Shown here one piece after another: positions 27,430 through 38,083 of a stretch of 64,000 nucleotides of DNA. Source of the DNA: Ginglymostoma cirratum (lineage: Eukaryota); NCBI GenBank assembly GCA_024137785.1, contig JAHRHZ010000115.1:515579-579578 (forward strand), written 5' to 3'. Numbering within the stretch: the first letter of the stretch is position 1; each line of letters opens with the position of its first letter. Below the pieces are notes generated by a model. The model saw only the letters and a program-made list of their open reading frames with translations. It was not told the DNA's origin and made no database searches. The position numbers and the translations under genes are program-made.

Positions 27430-27800
27430 GTAAACTTTAGGACCAGAAAAAGACCGCTCAATCCATCAAGTCTGATCCACCATTCAGTGAGCTCATGTCT
27501 GATCTGTTGACATTCAGCTGCATTTTCTTGCCTTTCCCCTAAATCCTTGACATCCTGACTGATTACAAATCCGTCTATCTCAGCCTTGAATATACTTAAT
27601 AACCTGGCCTCAACTGCCCTCTGCTATGAAGAATTCCATAGATTCACAACCCTCTGAGAAAATAAATTCCTCATCCCTACCTTAAATATGCAACCCTTAT
27701 TGTTAGATTACATCACGTCATCCGAGACTGCCTCAGGTCAGAAACCAACTTTTCCACATTCAACCTATCAAGCCTCCAAAAACCTGCATGCTTCAAGAAG
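27430..27800 (-). mobile_element. CR1 3' fragment
   Basis: TTCTCAGAGGGTTGTGAATCTATGGAATTC (SQRVVNLWNS) on the minus strand. Confidence 0.75.
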
Positions 27801-27976
27801 GAACAGGCTTAATTTTGCTGTACTGGAGCTGAACAGTCGAAGGTGATGGTTTGCAGCATTTCCTTCCATTTGCTTTCATCTCAGATGTGAAACTCTCACT
27901 GATTCTGACAGAGGTGCTTTCTTCGTGATTTTTAAAGTCAAGAATTTTGAGTTTCGACAGGAGCAACAAGTCCTCA

Positions 27977-28048
27977 TTTCCTGACCCGGAATCAAACCTA
28001 GGAAACAGTAGTGAGAGCACCAAATCATAACCACTACATCACCAGGGA
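27977..28048 (-). tRNA. tRNA-Glu (CTC) pseudogene
   Basis: TCCCTGGTGATGTAGTGGTTATGATTTGGTGCTCTCAC..GGTTTGATTCCGGGTCAGGAAA; mostly CpG-decay changes. Confidence 0.85.
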
Positions 28049-28843
28049 ATGAATCAATATGCTTGCCACTTTTCTTCATGAAACAGCTTTGGACCTTTTT
28101 TTTGTTCATTTCAGTTACAAAATGATAGAGTCAATGAGATTTAATCAGTGTGGATGGAGATCCTTCAGTGCATCATGTCAATGCCTGTCATCAAATAACC
28201 ATTGTTTCTAACTCCTACTTCCAGCACATGGCCCGTAGCCTCGTGGTCTGATGTTTCAAGTGTTCATCTAAATCGTTCTTCAATGTCTTGAGGTTTTCAG
28301 TGGAACACCAACAACTCCTTCAGGCAGTGATAGGAAATATTGCTGGAACACAAAATTCACGTTTTCTTGCTTAAAGACAGTTCTGAAAGCCCAAGATCTT
28401 TCTCTAAGCCATTTCCTACTTTTGCTGAGGTTGCCAACAATGTGGTTTTAATTCCCTCATTGGCTGAGGTTATCACAAATGGTTGTCCTTCTCAACCTCC
28501 CTGCTCGCCTTGGGTGTGTTATCCCTCAGGTTAAACCACTACCAGTTATATTTCCATAAAGAGAGCAGCCTCATAGTCCAACATGAGTGTGTCGACTTTA
28601 CCTTTTAATAGCAGCTGAACTTTTCCAGCAGCTTTGTTTTGGCTCTTGATTTGCTGTAAATCAAGAGTTCTTTCGTTTTATTTACCTTTTAATAAGTGGC
28701 ACTGTGTCAGAATTTGTGGTATAACATTCCTGGAAAATGCAAGTGACTTTTTATTCTACATTCAATGTATTTTGAATATCAGTTGCCTTTGTAGGAGATA
28801 AATGGAAAGATTGCTTGTACGTAGTGCAAGAAGTAAATTCAAA

Positions 28844-29545
28844 TGAGATAGTAGGAACTGCAGATACTGGAGAATCTGAGATAACAAGGTGTAGAGCTGG
28901 ATGAACACAGCAGGCCAAGCAGCATCAGAGGAGCAGGAAGGCTGACATTTTGGGCTTAGACGCTTCTTTAGAAATGGGGGAGGGGAAGGAGGTTCTGAAA
29001 TAAATAGGGAAAGAGGGGGAGGCAGATAGAAGATGGATAGAGGAGAAAATAGGTGGAGAGGAAACAGACAGGTCAAAGAGGTGGGGGTGGACCCAGTAAA
29101 GGTGAGTGTAGGTGGGGAGGTATGGAGGAGATAGGTCAGTCCAGGGAGGACGGACAGGTCAAGGGGGTGGGATGAGGTTAGTAGGTAGGAGATGGGGGTG
29201 GGGCTTGAGGTGGGAGAAGGGGATAGATGGGAGGAAGGACAGGTTAGGAAGGCAGGGACAAGCTGGGCTGGTTTTGGGACGCGATAGGGGGAGGGGAGAT
29301 TTTGAAGCTTGAGAAGTCCACATTGATACCATTGGGCTGCAGGGTTCCCAAGCGGAATATGAGTTGCTGTTCCTGCAACCTTTGGGTAGCATCATTGTGG
29401 CACTGCAGGAGGCCCAGGATGGACATGTCGTCTGAGGAATGGGAGGGGGAGTTGAAATGGTTCACGACTGGGAGTGCGAACCGAGCGTAGGTGTTCTGAA
29501 AAGCGGTCCCCAAGCCTCTGCTTGGTTTCCCCGATGTAGAGGAAA
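28844..29545 (-). mobile_element. Penelope-like element family 1, 3' part (left arm of inverted composite)
   Basis: FLYIGETKQRLGDRFSEH (GIY-YIG) and a 3' region that is the reverse complement of 29850-30523. Confidence 0.92.
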
Positions 29546-30523
29546 TCATTCTCTGACACTTCCACCATCTGCAATCCGACCCCACCACCAAAGACATTTT
29601 TCCCTCCCCATCCTTATCTGCTTTCCAGAGGGACCACTCTGTCCGTGACTCCCTTGTCCGCTCCACACTCCCCTCCAGCCCCAGCACACCCGGCACTTTT
29701 CCTGCAACTGCAGGAAGTGCTACACCTGTGCCTACACCTCCCCCCTCACCCCCATCCCAGGCCCCAAGAAGACTTTCCACATCAAGCAGATGTTCACCGC
29801 ACATCTGCTAATGTGGTATACTGCATCCGCTGTTCCCGTTGTGTCCTCCCCTACATCGGAGAAACCAAGCAGAGGCTTGGGGACCGCTTTGCAGAACACC
29901 TATGCTCGGTTCGCACTAAACAACTGCACCTCCCAGTCGCGAACCATTTCAACTCCCCTCCCAATCCTCAGACGACATGTCCATCCTGGGCCTCCTGCAG
30001 TGCCACAACGATGCTACCTGAAGGTTGCAGGAACAGCAACTCATATTCCGCTTGGGAACCCTGCAGCCCAATAGTATCAATGTGGACATCACGAGCTTCA
30101 AAATCGCCCTTCCCCCTACCACTCCCAAAACCAGCCCAGCTCGTCCCCGCCTCCCTAACCTGTCCTTCGTCCCACCTATCCCCTTCTCCCACCTCAAGCC
30201 CCACCCCCATTTCCCACCTTCTAACCTCATCCCGCCCCCTTGACCTGTCCGTCCTCCCCGGACTGACCTATCCCCTCCATACCTCCCCACCCACACTCAC
30301 CTTTACCGGGTCCATCCCCACCTCTTTGACCTGTCTGTCTCCTCTCCACCTATCCTCTCCTCTATCCATCTTCTATCCGCCTCCCCCTCTCTTCCTATTT
30401 ATTTCAGAACCCCCTTCCCCTCCCCCATTTCTGAAGAAGGGTCTAGGCCCGAAACGTCAGCCTTCCTGCTCCTCTGATGCTGCTTGGCCTGCTGTGTTCA
30501 TCCAGCTCTACACCTTGTTATCT
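29546..30523 (+). mobile_element. Penelope-like element family 1, 3' part (right arm of inverted composite)
   Basis: NVVYCIRCSRC..YIGETKQRLGDRFAEH with frameshifts; TSD AAGTAAATTCAAA at 28831-28843 and 30524-30536. Confidence 0.92.
30427..30461 (+). ncRNA. Minimal hammerhead ribozyme core
   Basis: CTGAAGA-A-GGGT(CTAG)GCCC-GAAA-CGTC; stem I is weak. Confidence 0.6.
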
Positions 30524-30544
30524 AAGTAAATTCAAACGCTGCAA

Positions 30545-30950
30545 TGGGGGCCGCTGAGCCATCACTCCGAACCCAGGGGATCATCCCCCATCTAGGGAAG
30601 TGAGGATCATTGCGCATGCTCCGTATAATCCGCCGCACGGCCAGTCTGGTGTGGGCGCAATCCCGAAAGTGGTCGTTTTATTTTTCTCGTCTTCATAAAC
30701 AGGTAACAACGAGGCGGAGCGGAGGAGGCGATGGACGGTGCGATTTAATGTATAGGCTTTTCACACACTTTGTGAATGAGGCGGAGCCCGATGAAAGAAA
30801 CCATCTGTCCTTGTTTCACCACACGAGGCTTCCTCACGGCGGACTAGGCCGCGAGTCCCGGCCGCCGTCTTTGTTGGGGGCGAAGGGCAGCCGCGCGCAT
30901 GCGTATTAATCCTCGGGCAGGAGAGAAAATGTGGATCTCTGGGGCTGCAG
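30545..30950 (+). promoter_or_regulatory. CpG-rich promoter/first-exon region of a zinc-finger gene
   Basis: Dense CpG; NRF1-type TGCGCATGCTC (30611) and GCGCGCATGCG (about 30893); candidate donor CAG/GTAACA at about 30702. Confidence 0.6.
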
Positions 30951-31049
30951 GGATGGAGTTTATGAACTCCTTTTGCAGGGGATCAGGAGGGGAACATTTA
31001 CGCGCAGCTTTAAAAAAAAGAGAAACGTTTATTTCTTATTTTTTTGTTC

Positions 31050-31205
31050 TGGACTGACAGTGATCGCTTTTGTAAACTTATTTTACAGGATATTTGAAGA
31101 GGATTTGCATTTCGGAAACTCAAAACAAGCAACGCATCAAGATCTGACAGTGTCACTTGATTCACTATTTCAGCACTGGATATTATTGGTCTTTGAATGT
31201 AAGAA
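31050..31205 (+). pseudogene. Truncated ZNF module (acceptor and linker only)
   Basis: CTGACAG..TTTTACAG/GATATTTGAAGAGGATTTGCA..ATCAAGATCTGACAG..CTTTGAATGT is homologous to 36060, 37916 and 57621, but no fingers follow. Confidence 0.6.
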
Positions 31206-31482
31206 TCAAGCAAAATGAAATTAACATAAGATTCCTTTCTTATATCTCCCTGTAATTCTTGCTCAATATCTTAAATCTTGATCCTGCATAACTTTACTAT
31301 CAGCTAACGGGAACAGCTGCTCTTTATCTCCTTTACCTAAACTTGGAGGTGATGGTGTTCATATTCACTGGCTACCGGGTTCCTTCTCGGTGGTGGAGGC
31401 TGAGTGTTTGGAAGATTTTGACAAATTTCTGGTCAAGTTTTAGGTCCCTACCTTTCAGTCCCTACCTTTTGATTTCTCTATC

Positions 31483-32535
31483 ATACAGTCACAAAGTCAT
31501 ACAGCATGGAAACAGACTTTTTGGTCCATGCCAAACATAATCCCAAACTAAACTAGTCCCACCTGCCTGGTCCTGACCAATATCACTCCAAACCTTTCCT
31601 ATTTTTGTAATTATCCAAATGTCTTTTAAATTGTGTCGTTGTACCCACATCCACCACTTCCTCAGGAAATTCATTTCACATGCGAGCCTCTCTCTGTGTA
31701 AAAAATTTGCCTCATGTCTGTTTTAAAGCTCTCTCCTCTCACCTTAAAATGTGCCCCATAGCCTTGAAATTCCCCATCCGAGGGAAAGATAGCTACCATT
31801 AACTCTATCTGTACCTTTCATTATTTTATAAACTACCATCAGGTCACCTCGCAACCTCCTACGTTCCAGTGAAAATAGTCCCAACGTATCCAGACTTTGT
31901 AAGTCAAACTTTCCATATCTAGCAACATCCTGATAGATCTCTTCTGAACCCTCTCAGCTTGATAATATCTTTCCTACAACTGGGTGGCCAGAACTGGACA
32001 CAGTATTCCAGAGGAGGACACACCAATGTCCTGTACAACCTCAACATGACTTCCCAACTCCTATATGCGAAGGAATGAGCAATGAAGGCAAGTGTGCCAA
32101 ATGCCTTTTTGAACAGCCTGTCTACGTGATGCAAATTTCAAAGAATTATGTACCTGCATCCCTAGGTCCCTCTGTTTTACAATACTACCTTAGACTCTAC
32201 CATTAATTGTATAAGCCCTACTCTTGTTAGTTGTACCAAAATGCAGTACCTCGCATTTATCCAGGTTGAATTCCGTCTGCCATTTTTCAGCCCATTGACC
32301 CATTTGATCAAGATCCCTCTGTAATCCTAGAAAATCTTCTTCACTGTCTACCATGCCACCAATATCAGTGTCATCAGGAAACTTACTAACCATGCCTTCT
32401 ATATTCTCATCCAAATCATTTGTGTAAATGACAAGCAAAAGCGGTCCCAGAAGCAAACCCTGCGGAATACTGCTGGTCACAGGACTCTAGTCCGAAAAGC
32501 AACTCTCCATCATTACTCTCTGTCTCATGCCATCA
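31483..32535 (-). mobile_element. CR1/HER1-type LINE 3' 1 kb
   Basis: TSSIPQGLLLGPLL..SKFPDDT; LYRTLVCPPLEYCVQFW. Confidence 0.9.
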
Positions 32536-32806
32536 TCACATAGAAGACAGGGTCTTGTGAGATCTTGTTGCATAAGGGGGTGTTCTCAGTAAACTCCAGT
32601 AATGATCTGCAAGTACTATGAATGAAGATCCTGTTCCAACCACTGTCCACTCACTTTTCATCCTCTTCCCAGAGACAGGGCTCCAGTAGCTCCTTGGAGT
32701 CTCCAACTCCCACAATCCTTGATGCAGGGACCACACATGTCGGAACACCTGAAACTGCACATGTTCAGGATAAGGGCAGGCTTTGGAGCATGTGCAAGAC
32801 ATACCT

Positions 32807-33163
32807 CATAGATCATAGACCATAGAATCCCTACTGTGTGGAAACAGGCCATTCAGCCTAACTAGTCCATGCCACCCCACCGAAGGGCATCCCACTGCGA
32901 CTCATTCCCCTACCCCTGCATTTCCACATGTGTACCTCACCTAACTTAAACATGCCTGCACACTGCAGGCAATTTTGCATGGCCAATCCACCTAACTTGC
33001 ACATCTTTGGACTGTGGGAGGAAACCGGAGCACCCGGAGGAAACCCATGCAGACATGGGGAGAATGTGCAAACTCCACACAGACAGTCGCCTAAGGGTAG
33101 AACCTAACCTGGGTCCCTCGTGCTGTGAGGCAGCATTGCTAACCATTGAGTCACTGTGCCGCA
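32807..33163 (-). mobile_element. HE1 SINE (V-SINE)
   Basis: tRNA head, V domain GTGTGGAGTTTGCACATTCTCCCC..CCTCCCACAGTCCAAAG, CR1-type tail. Confidence 0.9.
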
Positions 33164-35000
33164 TCTGGGGTGGAACACATTAGCGTTGTGATTTGCTGGC
33201 GAACATGCAGCCCTCCGCTCCCTCCGCTCCAATCCCAACCTCACCATAAAACCCGCGGACAAGGGAGGGGCAGTCGTAGTATGGCGCACTGACCTCTACT
33301 TTGCTGAGGCCAGGCGCCAACTCTCTGACACCTCCTCCTACCGCCCCCTAGATCATGACCCCTCCCCCGAGCACCAAACCATCATCTCCCAAACCATGCA
33401 CAACTTCATCATCTCAGGTGACCTCCCACCCACCGCCTCCAACCTCATCATTCCCCAACCCCGCACCGCCCGCTTCTATCTCCTCCCCAAAATCCACAAA
33501 CCTGAATGCCCCGGTCGACCCATTGTCTCCGCCTGCTCCTGCCCCACCGAACTCATCTCCACCTACCTAGACTCCATTTTCACCCCCTTGGTCCAGGAAC
33601 TTCCTACCTACGTCCGTGACACCACCCACGCCCTCCGCCTCCTCCAGAACTTCCAATTCCCCGGTCCCCAACACCTCATTTTTACTATGGACATCCAGTC
33701 CCTATACACCTGTATTCCCCATGCTGATGGCCTAAAGGTCATCCGCTTAGCCGAACTCGTCCTCACCCTCAACAACTTTTCTTTCAATTCCTCCCACTTC
33801 CTACAGACAAAGGGGGTGGCCATGGGTACCCGCATGGGCCCAAGCTATGCCTGCCTCTTTGTAGGTTATATGGAACAATCCCTCTTCCGTACCTACACTG
33901 GCCCTAAACCCCACCTCTTCCTCCGTTACATTGATGACTGCATCGGCGCCGCCTCGTGCTCCCACGAAGAGCTCGAACAGTTCATCCACTTCACCAACAC
34001 CTTCCACCCCAACCTGAAGTTCACCTGGACCATCTCCAACACTTCTCTCTCCTTCCTGGACCTCTCTGTCTCCATCTCGGGCAACCACCTAGAGACAGAT
34101 GTCCATTTCAAGCCCACTGACTCCCACAGCTACCTGGAATACATTTCCTCCCACCCACCCTCCTGCAAAAATGCCATCCCCTATTCCCAATTCCTTCGCC
34201 TCCGCCGCATCTGCTCCCAGGATGAGACATTCCACCCCCGTACATCTCAAATGTCCTCATTCTTCAAGGACCGCAACTTCCCCCCCACAGTGGTCAAGAA
34301 CGCCCTTGACCGTGTCTCCCGCATTTCCCGGAACACATCCCTCACGCCCCGTCCCCACAATAATAACCAAAAAAGAATCCCCCTCGTCCTCACATACCAC
34401 CCCACCAACCTCCGGATCCAACGCATCATCCTCCGACACTTCCGCCATCTGCAATCAGACCCCACCACCGAAGACATTTTTCCCTCCCCACCCTTATCTG
34501 CCTTCCGGAGGGACCACTCCCTCCGCGACTCCCTTGTCCGCTCCACACTCCCCTCCAGCCCCACCACAGCCGGCACTTTTCCTTGTAACCGCAGGAAGTG
34601 CTACACCTGCCCCCACACCTCCTCCCTCACCCCAATCCCAGGCCCCAAGAAGACGTTCCACATCAGGCAGATGTTCACCTGCACATCTGCCAATGTGGTA
34701 TACTGCATCCGCTGTACCCGTTGTGGCTTCCTCTACATCGGGGAAACCAAGCGGAGGCTTGGGGACCGCTTTGCAGAACACCTGCGCTCAGTTCGCAACA
34801 AACAACTGCACCTCCCAGTCGCGAACCATTTCAACTCCCTCTCCCATTCCTCAGATGACATGTCCATCCTGGGCCTCCTGCAATGCTGCAGTGATGCCAC
34901 CCGAAGGCTGCAGGAACAGCAAATCATATTCAGCCTGGGAACCCTGCAGCCCAATGGCATCAATGTGGATTTCACAAGCTTCAAAATCTCCCCTCCCCCA

Positions 35001-35400
35001 NNNNNNNNNNNNNNNNNNNNNNNNNNNNNNNNNNNNNNNNNNNNNNNNNNNNNNNNNNNNNNNNNNNNNNNNNNNNNNNNNNNNNNNNNNNNNNNNNNNN
35101 NNNNNNNNNNNNNNNNNNNNNNNNNNNNNNNNNNNNNNNNNNNNNNNNNNNNNNNNNNNNNNNNNNNNNNNNNNNNNNNNNNNNNNNNNNNNNNNNNNNN
35201 NNNNNNNNNNNNNNNNNNNNNNNNNNNNNNNNNNNNNNNNNNNNNNNNNNNNNNNNNNNNNNNNNNNNNNNNNNNNNNNNNNNNNNNNNNNNNNNNNNNN
35301 NNNNNNNNNNNNNNNNNNNNNNNNNNNNNNNNNNNNNNNNNNNNNNNNNNNNNNNNNNNNNNNNNNNNNNNNNNNNNNNNNNNNNNNNNNNNNNNNNNNN
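35001..35400. other. Assembly gap
   Basis: Run of N. Confidence 1.
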
Positions 35401-35502
35401 CTTTACTGGCTCCATCCCCGCCTCTTCGACTCGTCTGCCTCCTCTCCTCTATCCGCCTCCCCCTCTCTCCCTATTTATTTCAGAACCCTCTTCCCCTCCC
35501 CC

Positions 35503-35538
35503 ATTTCTGATGAAGGGTTTAGGCCCGAAACGTCAAGT
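35503..35538 (+). ncRNA. Minimal hammerhead ribozyme
   Basis: ATTT-CTGATGA-A-GGGT(TTAG)GCCC-GAAA-CGTC-AAGT: core, 4-bp stem II, palindromic ACGT in place of stem III, 4-bp stem I. Confidence 0.75.
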
Positions 35539-36403
35539 TTTCCTGCTCCTATGATGCTGCTTGACCTGCTGTGTTCATCCAGCCCCATGCTTCTACTGGT
35601 CAACTTATGGGGTGTCAAAGTGTCACCATGCCCACACAGGTACAGGTTCCACCCCCGAAATCATCATAATGCTGGAAATTGACCTTTGAGAAACAATTGA
35701 GGACTGGAAGCATTCTGTCAGATTGAACCCTCCTTTTCTGTCCAACATCTATGAGCAAAATCCTTTCTTTTAGCTTCCTTTCTGTTTCCTTTTTTTTCCA
35801 TTCTGTGGTAAAATTATTGACTTGTAGAAACTGAAGGGAAGTAAGTGAACTTAGGCAGGGTGCAGAGTCTGTACAGGACAGGAAATAGTGACCTTGGATC
35901 TGTTTATCAGTACCTTCAGGAGAACGGGGAGGGTATATATTAGGGACAGCAGAGTGAGCATTGTGGGAGAATGTGGGAGGAGAGAGAGGAAAAAGCTATC
36001 CCAGAGGAAACTAGAATCCTCTGTTCTGAATTTTTAACTTATACTTATTCCTTTTACAGGATGCTAGAAGGTGAAGATTTGCAGACAGAAATCACAAAAC
36101 AAACATCATGTGCGGATAGTGATTAAATTAAGCAGAACTTGAATAACCATTGATGGAGAAATGTCCATTTGTTCTGTCTGCATCGAAGGTTTTAAAATCA
36201 GTTTGACTAGAAAAGCCCTGTGACACACCCTCTTACCCCAAGTAAGAGTCTTCCAGTGAACCAACTCTGGAAAAAACTTTAATCGGCGACGCAGCCTAAA
36301 TAGCATCAGACCATTCACAGCAGGGAGACACCATACCCACGCTCCGTGTGGATGAGGCTTCAGCTGATTATTGAACACTCAGAGACACAGCAACACCAAT
36401 AAC

Positions 36404-36994
36404 ATGGAGAAACCATGGAAGTGTGATGACTGTGGGAAGGGATTTCATTCGCTGTCAACACTAGAATTTCATCGACGTGGTCACAGCAGGGAGAGGCCAT
36501 TGACATGCTCTGAATGTGGAAAGGAATTCCCTAATTCGTCTGCTCTTCGGAAACATCAACGTGCTGCCACTGGAGAGAGGCCTTTTGCCTGTTCCGAGTG
36601 CGGGAAGAAATTCAGGGAATATTTCACCTTGTTGAGACACCAGCGAGCCCACACTGGGGAGAACCCATCCACCTGCTCGGAGTGTGGGAAGGTATTCACT
36701 CAGTTGTCCAGCTTGCGTGCACACCTGCGAGTTCACTCCGGGGAGAGACCATTTAGCTGTTCTGATTGTGGAAAGGAATTCATTCAATTATCACATCTGA
36801 GGAAACATGAGCAAATTCACACTGGGGAGAGACCATTCAAGTGCTCCAACTGTGGGAAACGATTCAGGGATTCATCTGGCCTACAGGTACACCAGCGAGT
36901 TCATACTGGGGAGAGGCCATTCATCTGTTCCGAGTGTGGGAAAGGATTCATTCAGTCATCACATCTGCGGAAGCATAAGCAAATTCACAAGTGA
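36404..36994 (+). CDS. C2H2 zinc-finger protein, 196 aa, 7 fingers (finger 2 lacks its last His)
   Basis: ATG in AACATGG context, MEKPWKC start, TGERP linkers; acceptor TTTTACAG at about 36059. Confidence 0.8.
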   Translation: MEKPWKCDDCGKGFHSLSTLEFHRRGHSRERPLTCSECGKEFPNSSALRKHQRAATGERPFACSECGKKFREYFTLLRHQRAHTGENPSTCSECGKVFTQLSSLRAHLRVHSGERPFSCSDCGKEFIQLSHLRKHEQIHTGERPFKCSNCGKRFRDSSGLQVHQRVHTGERPFICSECGKGFIQSSHLRKHKQIHK

Positions 36995-37039
36995 ACACAG
37001 GATCTGCTGTGAATCAGCAACAGCATCCGTTCTGTTAGG

Positions 37040-37310
37040 TTGCACCTTCGAAACTCTAAACCGCTGAAGTGTAGAACAAGGGCAACAGTTACCAGAAAAT
37101 ATGCCTCCACGTCGCACACCATCATCACTTGGAACTATATTGGCTGTTCTTTCACTGTCACTGGGTCAAAATCCTGGAACTCTTCCCTCACAGCATTGTG
37201 GGTGTCCCTACACCACAAGGACTGTAGTCCCAGAAGGCAGCTTCTCAAGCAAGACAATTCAGGATGAGCAGTAAATGCTGACATAGATATTGATACTATA
37301 CCCCATGAAT
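37040..37310 (+). mobile_element. 3' fragment of the LINE family seen at 10450-13639, in the ZNF 3' UTR
   Basis: CACTGGGTCAAAATCCTGGAACTC matches about 13500; shared tail. Confidence 0.7.
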
Positions 37311-37915
37311 TGATTTAGAAATGACCGAAAATGACATCCAGGACTGAGCCATGTTCATTTTGACAGTTGGTAAACTAGGGAGGGTCAGAAGGTTTCTTTC
37401 TGCTGGACTGGCTGCTTTCACCACTTTGCTTCCAGTGAGTCTGATGCTGTTTGAGCCTGGGATTGCACATTCCTGCCAAAATGATTCCCAAAAGCTGTGA
37501 AGGACGTTTCTCCTGCACAGTCAATAATGTTTTTCTTCCCACTACAAAATCTGACATAAATACATATGTTCGTCCCATTGAGTCTGCAGCACAGGGCTAG
37601 GCCAATCGGCTCAATTGGTCTCTGTCAGTATTTATGCTCCATGTGAGCCTCCACCCTCCACTCTTCGTCTCACCCATCAGCAGATCCTTCTGTTCCATTC
37701 TCCGACATGAATGTGTCCAGCTGCTACCCTGCTCCTTCTCAGGGGTGAAAGCTGAGTGTTTGGAAGATCTGACAAATTCTGGTCAATGTCTAGGTGTATA
37801 AAATCCGTCTCCTTCAGTTCATGCCTTTCACTCTATCTTCATATAGAAGCCAGAATCTTTGAGACATTCCCTCTCACTCTCTTGTTTTTTTTGTTGTTGG
37901 ACATCAATTATACAG

Positions 37916-38050
37916 GATATTAGAAGGGGAACATTTAAAACCAAATATCACACAAAGATTTGATGGAGTCATTCAGTTTATCACAAATGGAATGTCGTCA
38001 GGTTTTGAACATGGATGGAAAAAGCCTCGTTCACAGTGGAGAGAAACCGT

Positions 38051-38083
<33 letters not shown>

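Larger units (their letters stand above)
33201..35592 (+). mobile_element. Penelope-like retroelement family 1 (Neptune-like), 5'-truncated; RT and GIY-YIG frame open 33201-35000
   Basis: IKPADKGG, PGRPIVS, TMDIQSLYT, GVAMGT, RYIDD, Cys-rich linker CNRRKCYTC, VVYCIRC..YIGET; 3' region interrupted by a gap. Confidence 0.95.

Noticed and set aside
32536-32806. Unexplained 270-bp segment with several short open frames
   Set aside because: No recognisable motif or splice structure; needs BLASTX
34099-35682. 527-aa Pro/Ser/Thr-rich ORF
   Set aside because: Alternative frame of the C-rich Penelope ORF plus the gap
36204-36210. TGA-CTAG readthrough motif at the shared lead-finger stop
   Set aside because: The surrounding leader has further stops and frameshifts, and paralogues lack CTAG, so readthrough or selenocysteine recoding is unsupported
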